Shown here: piece by piece, positions 40,231 to 53,640 of the stretch
Layout: every line of letters starts with the position of its first letter
How positions within the stretch are numbered: position 1 is the first letter of the stretch
Origin: Lama glama
Taxonomy: Eukaryota
Assembly (NCBI GenBank): GCA_028534125.1
Contig: CM052817.1
Location: 74,588,001 to 74,652,000, forward strand
Direction: 5' to 3'
DNA: 64,000 nt
Notes under the pieces: generated by a model
What the model was told of the DNA's origin: nothing
Seen by the model: the letters and a program-made list of their open reading frames with translations, nothing else
Databases searched by the model: none
Translations under genes and position numbers: made by a program

Positions 40231-40886
40231 TCAGTGTCTCTAAGAAAATTACCTGTGAAGATAAAACATGTTCCCTGTTTAGGTCAGTTCTGCCTAGTAT
40301 AATATTCTGTACAAGCTTTATAAAAGTCTCTGCTAAGCAAGCTAGTTTTACCTGCTACCATTTTTCACTGCAATTAACTCTTATGGATGATGTTGCTCAC
40401 ATGTACCATGTGTTGATAAAGGCAACAAACCACTTTTTATCGTTTAGGATCACTTCCACTTTTACCAAAGCTTCTATAACGCCATAGTACCTGGACTTCG
40501 ATTTCTTTTACTTAGAACATCTTTCTAAGGGTAAAAAAATGACCTGATAGGGGCAAAAAAAAAGAATAAGAAACAGGATCACTCCTCTGTTCCTCAGATA
40601 GAGGAAAAGTAAGCATTTCCAGAGTGACTGTCACTCTCCAGGAACTGTGTTTGGCACTGGAGATTAACGTTTTAATGAGATATTCTCCTTGTTGTCAAGT
40701 AGTTTATAATGTATTAAGAGAAACTTAGAAAAAAATTAAAAAGGACACATAATCACATGTTAAAACTACATATAATTAGGTGAGAATAGAAGTGTTCCCA
40801 AGATACTACAAGAGTTCAGACGAGGCACATTTAATACAGGCTATACACCAGAGAAGATTTTCACAGCAGGTGACTATCACTGAATT

Positions 40887-40903
40887 TGTGTGTGTGTGTG
40901 TGT
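40887..40903. repeat. (TG)n microsatellite
   Basis: Direct reading. Confidence 0.9.
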
Positions 40904-43009
40904 TAAAAATTACCTAGGTGTAGGTAAAAGTGGGATCTCACTCTAGGAGCAGGAGAACAGAATATGAGCATTGTCCACGGGAGAAAAAAGGCCCAGTGAT
41001 TCCAGTATCCCGTTAGATGCTCCGACATGGATGGGAAGATGAAGAAGATAGCAGAACAGAGATCAAAGACCCATGAGGTGTCCGTGGAGCCGTGGGCTGA
41101 CCACACACCAGTGTACAGTGAGATGAGTGGAGTCCCGCAGACTTCCTCCGCCCTTGCTGCTCACTGCTCCCACTCCTGCCTGTGCCTCACTTCCCGCCAC
41201 CCCTGGGAGCCTTACCAGCTCCACTACTCTTTACTCACTTGAATGCCATCCCAGTTAATGTGTCCCCTTGAAGCACGATCTGTTGCATTTTAGAATGACC
41301 TCAAGCTATGAAAAGAACCAGAATCAAACTACAGGTGATATAAATCCCCCAAATTATGATCATGTCGCTTCCATTCTCTGCTACGTACATTCTTTAAAAA
41401 TTCAAGGTTCTTTCCTGTCATGGGGGAAATAGGAGCCCACTGTGACTAAGGGCATATTTAATACAGATCCAACATTTTGTGGGCACTCCCTAAATGTTAA
41501 ACACTAATGAGAGAAGATGAAGTAGTATAAGAACAAGAAAGCAATTAAAATAGATCCCAAATGGCTCCGGCTGCATTAGCAAAAGGGAAAAAAATGAACA
41601 CTTATTAAAATATAAAACTGAAAATATTTCTTGGCAAGCATGGGCTATTTAAAATCATTAGATAGTTTTGAACTGAAACCCTTCAAAAATATTCAACAAA
41701 AAAGTATTTTCCAGACATCCTTTACACTGATAAGGAGAACATAAAATATACTTCCCTTATAATTTGGATTTTTTAACTTTTCTCTATGATTACATTAAAA
41801 CGTGAAGTTTTATTCCTTATTGTTTTAGACCTTTTGTCAGGTAATGAATAGCACATGGTACAGAAAGAATATATATATACATTTTAATTTGAGCTTTTCT
41901 GAAGCCCATTGTTCGTTTCAGGCTGCTCTACTGAGAGTCCTTGCACTAAACGCCTCTGGTTGCATTCCATGCAAGACAAAGGCATATTTTAGGGATGTAC
42001 CTCTCACAAAGAGGTATTGATGGACCAGAAATCAGAGTTTGGACAAATGAACATTTCATTATAACACAGCTTAATTGTTAAAGCTCTTCTTATTGAAAAG
42101 AATAAAAATTTCATTAGTCATCACAGTAGCTCAGCACAAACTCCTCCTCTTTTTCCCCACAATGCGCAGAAAGAATGGCAGTTTTAAGCTTATCATTGAA
42201 CATTTTGGAACCTTTGGTTCTCTCTTCCTTTTGCTCGAAGAACACTAAGAAGTGTTTAAGAAACAGTTATGAAATAACTTTGGTAATAATTTTAAGCTAA
42301 ATTTTAAAGATGGGGACTGTTAAAATAAAAAATTCTCAGCCATCACAGGCAAATGCAGTTTAAGTTAAGAGATGCCTGGAAGGCCTACTTTTCCATATTT
42401 AGGGCCGTGAAATCTTTTTATGGGGTTATTAAGGATTTATAGGGCCAACCTAAAGCTCAACTAAGATAAAGACAAAAGTGCTTTAGAAACTGTAAAGATT
42501 TTATAGATTTAAGGGAATAAAATTTGCATTAGTAATCCTTAACTCTATACAGCTTTTAATTTTAGTATCTTTTCAGCTTCCCCAGGAAAGATATGTATTG
42601 ATCACTGCCCTAAGTATAAACACAAAAACAGGGAAGGACCAAGATACAATGAAGATTGCTAATCTGAGGTTCAGCAGTCCTGTCATTACTTAGATGATAA
42701 TATTGAATATGCCGTGGAAACTGCTGAAAGTTCAGTGTGTTAGAGTGATGAAAATGTGACAGACTAGAGGAAGAACACAGATGCATAGCAACCATAGCCC
42801 TCACCCCTGAGCAGGCATTGCTAAAATGGATCATCGAAGTGGTTCTGGTTAAAACAGAATTTGGTCTCAGAATCTTTGTCAACATAATATCTCATTAAGG
42901 TTGATTCTCTGAGTTTAAGCCTATTGGATAGGCTGGAGTAGATGAGCTTTTAACGTTTTCTTACCCAGGTCTGAGAAGCTGTAGTTGTCAGCTGTGATTG
43001 TGGAAGATC

Positions 43010-43575
43010 ATGTTATACATTCACACCTTCATCACCTCTCCTCCCTAATCTCTTACCTGTCTCCCTCAACCTGCTCCAGTCACACTGGTTTACTGTTTTT
43101 CCCTCAAACACATCAGGAGGCATGCCTTTTTCTCAAAAACTTTGCAGTGGCTGTACCCTCTGCCTAGGATACTCTACTTTTATGTATCCATATGCTCACT
43201 GTCAAGTCTTCACTAATCTCAGCCTTTCAGTGGTGTACACAGGAGTTGGCAAACTATAACTGGTGGGCTGGATCTGGCTCCCTGCCTGTGTTTGTGTGGC
43301 CCACAAAGTAATGATGGCATTTACATTTTTAGTTGAAAAATATATGTCAGAAGAAGAATTATATTTTGTGACGTGGAATTCAAATGTCATTGTTCGTCAG
43401 TAAAGTTTTATTGAAACACAGGCAGCTTTTGTGCAAACATGCTCTCCATAAGAGCACAAATTCCATGAGGTCAGAGAATTCTGTCCGTTTTATTCCCTCA
43501 TATATTCCCAGTACCCTGAACGGTGTCTGTTGCATAGTAAATATTCAATATATATATTCTGGGAATGAATGAATT
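43010..43575 (+). mobile_element. L2 3' region interrupted by MER58
   Basis: ctccagtcacactgg..ctttgcagtggctgtaccctctgcctagga; resumes aaattccatgaggtcag..; ends gaatgaatgaa. Confidence 0.75.
43239..43425. mobile_element. MER58B-like DNA transposon, partial
   Basis: caggagttggcaaacta..tgcctgtgtttgt..taaagttttattgaaacacag. Confidence 0.8.
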
Positions 43576-44769
43576 ATATGAAGGATACCTGCATTAAGTA
43601 GAAATATATCAGATGGAGTAGTCACAGAAGACTTCAGGGGAAGATGATATTTTGGTGTAAAGGGCACTAAAGGCTGAGAGAACATTCTTCCTGGAAGTAC
43701 AAAATGAAATTTGTGTAGAGTAGTCTGAACGTAATGCAGAGCCTATGAGGTTCAGAGGTGGTGGAAAGTAGGTTGTGGAAGACTTGGAATGGCTGACTGA
43801 GATGCTTGGGTGTAATCTTACTTTTTAAAATTTGGATATTTCAGAAAGACCCATCTGATATATACAGGATGGGTTGGACTGTGCCAAACATATGAGAATT
43901 GGAATACATTTCTAAGATTGGACAGTGTCAGATGAAATGAAAGAGAAAGGATGCAGTGGGGAAGAAAGGAGGAACCAATGGTACCTTTAATATTTTGACC
44001 CTTGGTGAAAAAATGTCCTTGTCAAAAGTTGAAAAGCAGCAGAAACAAGAAAGCATTAAAAAAAAAACAAACCTAAAACTCTACTTCAGTTCTTTGTAGT
44101 TCATTAAATAAATATTTATGCAGTTCCCAGTGTTAAGAGTTCTGTTGATTTTATGCCACAGAGAAAGCATATATGACAGTAAACCTGGAGAAATCAACCA
44201 AACCAGTTAGATTCTAGCAGTTAGATCAGTTGATCTATTTGAGAATGAAGACAAAATAGGTTTCACTCAGATTTTAAAAATCATTCGTGCCGTATATGTT
44301 AAACAGAGATAATAAATTCAAAAACACATGATAGTCCGTGATTTTTTTTGTAGATATAGTGGCATGGCATAATTCTAAATAAAAGAAAAATACCATATAC
44401 AACTTGATTCACTTTCTGTAAAATTTTATATATATTTAAGATGAGATTTTAGGCTGTATTATCTTCTCTACATTTTCTGCATTATTTGACTTTTTTTGCA
44501 ATAACTGTTTTTTTACAATTGCAGGAAGAGCTATTTTACATTTTAAACTATTTTTTTAAAATGACAGTTTAAATATACAGTAAAAATCTCCATAGATTTG
44601 TTTAGATATTAGGAATAGATTCAATGCTAGTTATTTTCTGTGAAGAGAATTAGGAAGTATTTAGCCAAGTTTGAGGTAATAATAAATGTTCCATTAATAA
44701 ATATTAATGTTCCAATAATAATTAATGTTGAATTTTTTTGGTTTAATAAGAACAGGTAATTGATTAAAC

Positions 44770-44960
44770 TAAGATCATGAATTTTGGAGATGAGACCCTG
44801 GTCCAATGCCAAAGAATCACTTTTTGCTTTCCTCATCTTTAAAATGGATTATGTTAATTTTCTCACAAAAGGTTATTGAAAGGAATTAATATAATAAGGG
44901 ATATAAAACACCTATCTAGTGAGTAGCTATTCTGAAAATGATAGCTCTTGTTATTAAGAA
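44770..44960 (+). mobile_element. MIR relic
   Basis: tttcctcatctttaaaatgga..ggttattgaaaggaattaa. Confidence 0.6.
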
Positions 44961-45307
44961 TTAGGTAAGTATGAAGGTAAAAAGAAAAATCAGAGTTTGA
45001 GAATCAAGCTACATTTATTTAATCCTTTACTAAATTTGTTCCATTTAATGCCATGAGCTGTGCTAAGTACTGGGGAATACATGTATTATCAAGGTCCTGC
45101 CCTGTCTTTAAGATATTACCAATAATAATACCACAAATAACAAGGTGTTGCAGATGCTATGACTCAAGTTCCCATAGGGCAGAGAATTTGAACCAGGCCA
45201 ACTCCCCAGGGAAAGTTCAGCGTACAAAACCATGTGCTTTTGTGTGCCCTGGTGCTTTTCACTAAAAATATACATTAAAAAGCACTTCTATTTGGAAGCT
45301 GTTCTTT

Positions 45308-45860
45308 TATTCATCCATTCATTCAACAGTTATATATTGAGCATCTTCCATTTTCAAACATTCTTCTTGGAGCTGGACCTATAGCAACAAAGGCAAACAA
45401 GATTTCTTCTCCCACAGAGGTTTCAATCTGATGAAGGCAGAAAAATAAACCAGGAAAAAAAAAGACAAGACAGACTAACTTAATAAATACTATTAAAAAA
45501 AATCAAACGTGGTATGATTGATTAGCCTAACTTAGCTTGGACAGTTGAGTCAGGCTTCTCTGAACAAGGAGTGTCTGACCTTAGACCTGAAGGTTGAAGC
45601 TCCCACCACATAGAGAGAGAAAATTGGGGAGAAGGGAATTCCCGGCTCAGGAAATAGCTAGTATAAACCATCCAAGGCAGGAACAGACTTAACCGGTTCA
45701 ATAACAGAATGTTGAACACTACGGCTGAAGAAACAGGGGAAGGAGGAGGAAGCTGTGAAGTCAGAGAAGTGTTCTCAGCTGTAAGCTTGAAGATGAGCTG
45801 CTCTATGGAGCAGAAAGTTACAAGGAATGCTGACGTTTCAAAGTGCAGCGATTTAATTCA
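45308..45860 (-). mobile_element. L2 relic
   Basis: attcatccattcattcaacagttatatattgagca; ggcttctctga..agacctgaagg. Confidence 0.7.
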
Positions 45861-46549
45861 GTATTCTAGAATACTTGAGGTCATCTACTCTACCTAATCA
45901 TGTAATTCATTTATCTATTCAATCAACAAATATTTGCAAGCACCTACCAACCACAAAGCCTTCAAGAAGTTGAACCCATAGGAAAGCTCAGATGTATACA
46001 CTTGGCGTCAGAAGTTAAGGTCTCATGCAGACTGGGAGAGATCACTTCGAGCTAGTCAAATCTGATATTTCTTGGTCAAGTTGGCATTTGAGCTAGGGTA
46101 GGTGGGTAGGATTTAGACATAAAAAGTACAGTGGCGTTGAGGGGCACGAAAAGGCGTTCTAGGGAACAATATGAATAAAAGCAGAGAGAGAAGTTATTTA
46201 GATAATAATGGCATGCTACATGAAATGCTTATGATAAAACACCTTGGAGTTTAAAATTCAACAGATCATTGTGAAACCTAAACTTGACCTTGTCGCATTT
46301 TTGTCTCCCACTTTCCTTTGCAAGAAATTAATGTGTATGTCAGTCGGAATTCTGTGAGCTACACCACAGGTGTCCTGATTGAGTGGTAGGTGGCATGAGA
46401 TGGGTAAGCCGTTCCTCCTGACTTCACTATACAGCCACACTGGGGCTGATTCTGCTAAACAGTAAAGTGCTGGAGGAGAGGCAAAGAGTGTGAGTTTCAT
46501 CAACCAGAGTTCCACGAGACAAATTAAGTGGGGCTTTCCTGATCGCATG

Positions 46550-47020
46550 AAGGAGTCCTTTCTAAGAGTAGTAGGAGATAGAGAAAGACCTTTAAGCTAC
46601 TGTTTGTACTTTAGAAAGATCATTTTGACTATAAAGTTAAAAAAAAAGATTGTCAAAGAGCAGGAGTCAGACTGTTAGTTACCTGAGCCAAGTGGGATTA
46701 TATTTCTGGGAGTGGACTTGAAAGAGAATTAGGAAGAAAAATTGGTAAGGCTTGATGACTGGCTAGATACAGAGCAGGAGAATAATGGAGTTCTCCAAAA
46801 TGACACATAGGTTTCTGCACTGGGCAGAATCTTGAAGTAAAGTGATGTTCTCTCTTTGTTTTTGGTGATGAAGGGAGAAGTAATAGGCTGAGTTTTGAGC
46901 ATATTAAGTTCAAAATGCCTATGGTGTCACCTAAGAGATGTTCAGAGGGAAGTTGGATATCTATCTGTGAAGCTCATGAGGGAAATTATGGTTGGAGATA
47001 GACATTTGTGAATCGTCAGA
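46550..47020 (-). mobile_element. L2 relic
   Basis: tttagaaagatcattttgact; gagttttgagcatattaagttcaaaatgcct; gttggatat. Confidence 0.7.
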
Positions 47021-48812
47021 AGAGAAAAAAATTCCAGCTGTCTTTTGCTGATGCAGCTGAATGGACTGTTCCAAGACCTGCTTCTATAGACATTCTCTTA
47101 AAGATCTCTCTTCTAGGCTGACTCCAAGCAGTCCATACACTGAGAAATAAATCACAGAAGATTTTTAACTTTGGGAAAAATCACATGATCTTTTTCAGAC
47201 ATTCTAAAGGCCATTATGATGCGACAGCCAACAGAGTGACAGCTGGACTCTGTAGGTCTCTACATCTCAGTTCAAAGTTCACTCCTTCATCTCCTTGCTG
47301 GGTAGTGATTCTGTGCCATTAGTTTTCCTTGAGCCTCTGAGTAAGAGACACACATCAGGAAGCTTGTCAGAGCACTGTTATCCTAAAATACCGTATTCTA
47401 TTGACACACACAGTTCCTTTTCACCTGAAGTTTAAATTGTTTTTCTTATTTGCTACATCTCAACATGGACCTCTCATTTCATAACTGCTGCAACCGGTGC
47501 AGCAGAAGACTATATGTGCCTCAGATGTGTTTTGTTTGATTTGTTTGTTATACCAACAATGTTTAAAAAGCAGTTTTAACTTGTAGGTATTATACTTGGT
47601 TACAATACAAGCATCTTAGCATGAATTGTCTTTCATCCTACCTATTTCTGGCATTTATGTTAAATGCACACCTTCTGCATGTACTTGGTTTGTGACCCTT
47701 ACCCTACAGGGTTAAAAGCAACAATAAAAGCACACGCGCGGTACAAAAGTAGGCCAGCAAAGGAAAAGCTGAGCTGACATGTGTTGGGCATGGGAAGGAG
47801 GAGTATCTTACCAAAACCTTCCTGTAGAGATCTTCCCAAACAGATACAAATTTGCCATTTTTCCAGGTAGACTTGGCAGAGAAAACAACATAATCAAAGG
47901 CATAACATGAACGAATGGAGTATTTTCAAGGATGTAAAGGCAGTGTGGTACTAATGGTACGTAATGTTTGCAGGCAAGAAAGAAAGACCCCAAATGCCAT
48001 GGTAAGGGTTTTGGAATTACCTTAGACAGTGGGGAATTAGGATAGCATTTGATGCCATAGAAACTAATGACCTGACTTTCATTTTAAAAAGAGCTCCTTG
48101 GCAGATTGTAGATCATGAATTAAAACAAAGTAAAGCCAGAAGAACTATTATGCCATTTTTCAATGGCATTCACACAAATTCAGAATCCAGTATGCTACTT
48201 TGACCTTGATCTCTGAAATCTTTTACTACAACCACCTGCTCATTTACGTCTCCCAGTAAATGCAATGCTCATTATCTTTTTTAGGACTGATAACTCCTTA
48301 ATCTTTCTTCCTGGTCCAAGCCTATTCTTCCTTCTTGGCTTCACTTCTATCCCTGTTCAGCCTTGTTTCAACTATACTCTCACCAACACCTCAGATTCCT
48401 TTCATCCCTTAACCTGAGTCCAATCTTTATCTTCCAATTCTTTTACTCACTCCTAGTTAACTCCCTCTACCTGGAAGTTATAAAAATCTCTCTAAAGGCT
48501 TGTTGAAATTTTTAAATCTCAGACCCAAAGAAACAGAATCATCAACAAAATTTGGCTTTTAAAATAATATTCTAATTGATTCTTTTAATCTGATAAATTT
48601 AGAAAACAATGCATAGATAAATCCGTAATTCCCTAACAGCAACTCCTGTGAATTTATTCCACTGCCTAAAGCTGGAGCTCAGCCCTCCACCCTAATTTGC
48701 CTAAATTTAACACCAAAAGAATGAAGCAACTTCATTATTTTTTATTTTCTTGCAACAATCCTCTATCCATTTTCCCTTCCTGACCCTCTTTTTTCCCAAA
48801 GCCTAATGTATC

Positions 48813-49252
48813 TGTTATAGACTGAATGTTTATGTACCCACTTCCCCAGCTCCATCCATATGTTGAAGCCCTAACCACCAATGTGATTGTATTTGGAGAT
48901 AGGGCCTTTATGGAAGTAATAAAGGTTAAATGAGATCATAAGGCTGAGGCCCTGATCTGATAAAATTAATGTTTTCATAAGAAGAGACAATAGAGAGGGA
49001 CCTCTGAGAAAGCCCTCTTCCCCTCCAGCCCCCCTATCTCTCTGCCTCCGTCTCTTCCAAGGAAAGGCCATGTGAGACCATAGTCAGATGGTGGCTGCCT
49101 GCAAGCCAGGAGGAGAGCCCTCACCAGAAACCAACCATGCTGACACCCTTATCTCAGACATCCAGTCTTCAGAACTGTGATTAAGTGAATTTCTGTTGTT
49201 TAAGTTCCCCAGCCTGTGGTACCTTGTTATGGCAACCTGAGCAGACTAATAG
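48813..49252 (+). mobile_element. MLT1A-like MaLR solo LTR
   Basis: tgttatagactgaatg..atgttgaagccctaac..gtatttggagatagggcc..tgcaagccaggaggagagccctcaccagaaac..gcagactaata. Confidence 0.92.
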
Positions 49253-50355
49253 ACCATCCTTTTCTTATTCTTGACTCAGCCTCCTCTTTTCTCCTCTGAG
49301 ATAAGCATTTATTGTATTCCTACTAAGTGCACAATGAGATAAATGGGGCTCCTGCTCTCATGAAGCTGAGCCTGTGTGGAGAGGATCAAATGTTAGATAA
49401 TTTACACTTTCTTTTATGTCTCTTTTTCTCTTTCTTTCCTGTAGTTAATCACTCTCCCTCCATCTCTGTCTCCCTTAACCTCTCTCTCTTTCATACATAC
49501 CTCCCCTTTTTGGTAGCACTTCCTTCTCCTTGAGCCCTGGGCCATCTCTATCCCTTTGAACTCATTCTCAAGAAAGAATATCTCTCTTTTTAACCTTTCA
49601 AGTTACTTGCCAATCCCCTTCACCCTGTGACATCCAAGACACTCAAAAGAATAATCTTCAAAATGCATTCACCTTCCTCACTGATTTTGTCTTAAAGAAA
49701 GAGCTTATAATCAGTTGTTTTTGTTTTGTTTTATAACCTATTGAAATGTTGATCTCTCCCCCCTTTGGTTCATTTTCCTCTGTTCTGATCACTACTTCCC
49801 ATTCCCTATGAGGTAAAGTCTAAAGTCGGGCTCCAGTTGGCACCTTTCACTATCTCTATCTCAAACCAAGGAATTCAGTGTCATCTTTCTCATACACCTG
49901 ACTCGCTTTTTCCACCTCTGTTTCCACATGAAAAAAAATTTCTTTCTAACCTACAGGACTAAGCTAACAAATCGCCCTTTTTGAGGAGCCTTACTTGGCA
50001 TTCCTCTGGCTTGGGTTCCCAAAACACTGGGAATACTTGTAATGATATGTTTATAGGTTTTGTAGACAGGCAGTACCCCTGTTTTTTATATTTGTAGTTC
50101 CAGGAACTTACTGAATATTCACTAAATATCTGATGAATGGATAAATGAAAACAAGCTACCTTTTCAATTCTATCTTGTACCGTGTAATCCAGTTTCTCAT
50201 TTAAATCTAACTAGCATTAACTTTTGTGTTTTTTAATACTTTTCCTAACGCTCCTTACTCAACCAGGAACATCCTGACCAGACTGCCCTGCCCAAAACTG
50301 ACTTGCTTGCCTAACTCCAAAGGCAGCACCATCTTTACCCATTAAATTGAATTTA

Positions 50356-50512
50356 TTTATTTTAAATTAATTTATTATTGTTATTCATTTATTTTTTATT
50401 GCAGCAGGTAGGTAACTAGATTTTATTGTCTAGTTTCAGAGGAGGTACTGGGGATTGAACCCAGGACCTCATGCATGCTAAGCATGCGCTCTACCACTTG
50501 AGCTATACCCGC
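50356..50512 (-). mobile_element. tRNA-Ala-derived SINE (vic-1-like) with extra 3' segment
   Basis: ggaggtactggggattgaacccaggacctc..gctaagcatgcgctctaccacttgagctataccc; TSD taaattgaattta / taaatggaattta. Confidence 0.92.
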
Positions 50513-50659
50513 TAAATGGAATTTAAAATGAATATTTTTGCTGTAGCAGATAATTCTGTTTTACTGAACCTAAATCATCAGTGCTGAACTTAAAGGCAGA
50601 AATGGGAGAAAGATGTAAAATTAGACTTAAAATGCTTCTACATTTCAACTTCAATACTA

Positions 50660-50900
50660 CTATAACTACTACTACTTTTTTTGAGCAATTAGTGTAACAC
50701 TAAAACACTATTATAACTATCTTTCATGTGTCATTAATTTAATCTTCACAAAAACCCTATGAAGTACAAACTGTCATCATTTTAGAGATCAGGAAATTAA
50801 GAGACTGATGGTCAGTAACTTGTCTAGTAAAATGATCTAGACTCTAGAAAACTAAGATTTGGATCCAGGCATCCTAATTCTAGAACCTGAGCTTTTTGAT
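50660..50900 (-). mobile_element. MIR relic
   Basis: atttaatcttcacaaaaaccctatgaagta..cattttagagatcaggaaattaagagact. Confidence 0.7.
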
Positions 50901-51630
50901 CAGGAAGCTTTATTTCATCACTTTTTGCTAAGCCTGTTTAGTCAAATTGCATATGTAATCAAACTGCCCTCAAGCAGTATAAAATGTTAATTTAATGAGA
51001 GGTAATTTGAGAATAGCCCAGAACTGTCTTACTTACTTAGAGATAAGTATTATGGCAAATATGAAATCCACTGGAATACAATATGTTATCCAACCCAATG
51101 ATTGCTGGTATAGAGAACATAAAAAATTTTTTGGCATATTTATTACTTCACTTACAGGTGAAGTAATTCTGCAAGATGTTTACAGAGCATTGTGGAGGAT
51201 TATTACAGGTAAGTTTTCCTGGAATGAGCCATGATGCTACCATTTATACTACTTTAAGTTGCTTTGCACAAAAAAGGATCCAAATCAACAAATTATCAAA
51301 TTATAATAAAAACAGAGTCTTACTACCATGGAGTCTATCCTACCATGTGTTCTGTAATGACTCAATTATCCTCACATTTTTCTTTACTTGAACTACTGCA
51401 AAACTTTCCTTCCTACATCATCCTATGCTATTATTTGACCTTCATTTGATAAGAACCTATGAACACAAATGCAAATGTGGGTCCTAGGATAAAAGACTGC
51501 CTTCCAAAAGCTACAGAATGCACACGAATTAACTTAGTTTCTCATAGAGAACTCTAGGATGCCAAAGAATACATACCAGGTGGAGAAATTCTGGCCTAGA
51601 TGAAAAACACATACACTGTTCATGATGTCT

Positions 51631-52030
51631 TGATGTTAGGGCAGGCAGATAGCTAGATATGAGCAGAGAAAGGGGGACATGGGCCAAATGGCAGGAATCA
51701 TACATTTTGTGAACTAGGGTCCTTGAGCAGACAGAGGAAAAGCAGGAACCTCTGAACTGATAAGAAATCACACATTTTGGTGTAAGTGTCCTGGAGGCAG
51801 ACAAAGAAAGATGAGAGAAGGCAAGAATCTCTGGTGTCCAAATGTAACCTTTTGCTCATTATGCCCTCATTTCAATAAAATTAGCCTTGCAGAGTAGAAG
51901 TACCCATCATGCACTGACGCCATGGCACTTTCCATACAGACTAAATGAGGACAAAAATCCCTCCTCCCCTCAGGAAGGTGGAGCTGGGTTGGAAATCAGG
52001 GAATTGTCTGTCTAATTTTTTTTAACCCCT
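51631..52030 (+). mobile_element. ERV1-class LTR (MER50-like start), probably partial
   Basis: tgttagggcaggcagatagctagatatgagcag start recalls MER50-type LTRs; internal repeated atca.acattttg; 3' boundary uncertain. Confidence 0.55.
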
Positions 52031-53024
52031 CAGAGGTGAATGAGGAGGAGTGTTAGATCTTCCTACATGACTAGAGTTTAAAGTGTTTAATAACAGCTAA
52101 CCTAAAGTTGAGTGGGTTAGAAGAGAGAAAAACAGTATGTGTGGGGATGATGGGGGTGTTTAAAAGTCCTGCACTGCGAGTCAGGAGGCATGGAAACCAG
52201 GCACTAACTCATTATGTTGACTTGAAGCAAATCAGTTCATTGCTTTGTTCATCATTTTCCTGTTTTTCAAACATGGTGGTTGGACTAGACCAGAGGTCTC
52301 TGTTGTCCAGTTCAGATTTAGGGTCTTAGGATTCTGTGAGATGACTGCTACCCTGGTGTCCACACTGTGGGGTCTCACTGAGGTATTTTAGTAAGTAACT
52401 GTCTGCCCTCTTGGGTACAGTTTAAGACACAACTTCTTTTCTGCTGTACTAAGTGGCACATACATTGTGTTTCAGTTTTTGTTTTTGGAAGGTGGGGTGG
52501 AATCTTTTCTTCTTGGGAACAACTTGTTTCACTTTGTCTTTTAAAGGGCTTGATGGAGATGAATGCTAAGTTTAAACCAGGAAAAGCAATTTTAACCCCA
52601 CACCCTAAAAATCATCTTTCAGGGAAATAATATTTCACATTAGTCAAGAAGCAGTAAATCTTAAGATAATAACTTGTCATCTGTGTGTTTAGTCCTTATT
52701 TCACAATATAGGGTAAAATGCTACAGTGTGTGTATGCATGTCCATGTGTGTATTTAATGCAATTGTCAGTAACAACTAAAAGTAGGCAGTTTGAACTAAG
52801 AAATGTTAGAATCATTGATCCTAAATAAGAGAAACCTTATGTATATTATGAACTGTATATTATGATGTTAGTCAAATGTGGATGGTTATTTCTTATAAAT
52901 AACTTGAAACATATCCTTGTATATCAGATTTAATAACTTCCAAACTTTGTGTTCATAAGAATCATCTGTAACTTGTGCTAAAACCTGATTCCTGGTCACC
53001 ACCCCTCACTTCAGACGTCATTTT

Positions 53025-53640
53025 CTAGTCACTCACACCTTGGTTGCACATTGAAATCATTAAGAAGCTTTAAAAAATACTCATGCCCGTGAAATAAGTC
53101 ACAGAGAGAAAGGCAAATGCCATATGACCTCATTTATATGTGGAATCCAAGAAACAAACAAACAAGAACTCATAAAGAGCAGATTGGTGGTTCTCCAAAG
53201 GGTGGGTGGGGCAAAATGAGTGAAACAGGTCAGAAGGTACAAACTTCCAGTTATATAATAAATTAGTCATAGGGATGTAATGCACAGCATGGTGATGATA
53301 GCTAATAGTACCGTGTTGATATTTAAAAGTTGCTGAGAGAGTAAATCTTAAAAGTTCTCCTCATAAGAAAAACATCATTTGTTGACTATGTGTGGTGCTA
53401 GCAGTTAACAGGGCTTATTGTGGTAATCATTTCACAGTATATACAAATACCAAATCATTATGTTGTATACCTGAAACTCATATAATGTTATATGTCAATT
53501 GTATTTCACAAATAAATATAAAAAAATACTCATGCCTGGGCTGAGCCTTAGAGATTTTGTGGTGTGGCCTGAATATTTGGGTTTTTAAATGTGCCCCCGG
53601 GTGATTCTATGGGGAAGGAGAAGTTGAGAATCACTGCCCT
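53025..53640. mobile_element. MER5-like DNA transposon split by an L1 insertion
   Basis: cttggttgcacattgaaatca..gctttaaaaaatactcatgcc | tgggc..ccccgggtgattcta..gttgagaatcactg. Confidence 0.8.
53088..53520 (+). mobile_element. L1MA9-like 3' end
   Basis: ggtacaaacttccagttat..aaagttgctgagagagtaaatcttaaaagttctc; 16-bp TSD aaaaaatactcatgcc (53072-53087 / 53521-53536). Confidence 0.9.

Noticed and set aside
50441..50510. Functional tRNA-Ala gene (also 30632 and 59120)
   Set aside because: A-rich tails, TSDs on two copies and stem-disrupting changes indicate SINEs.
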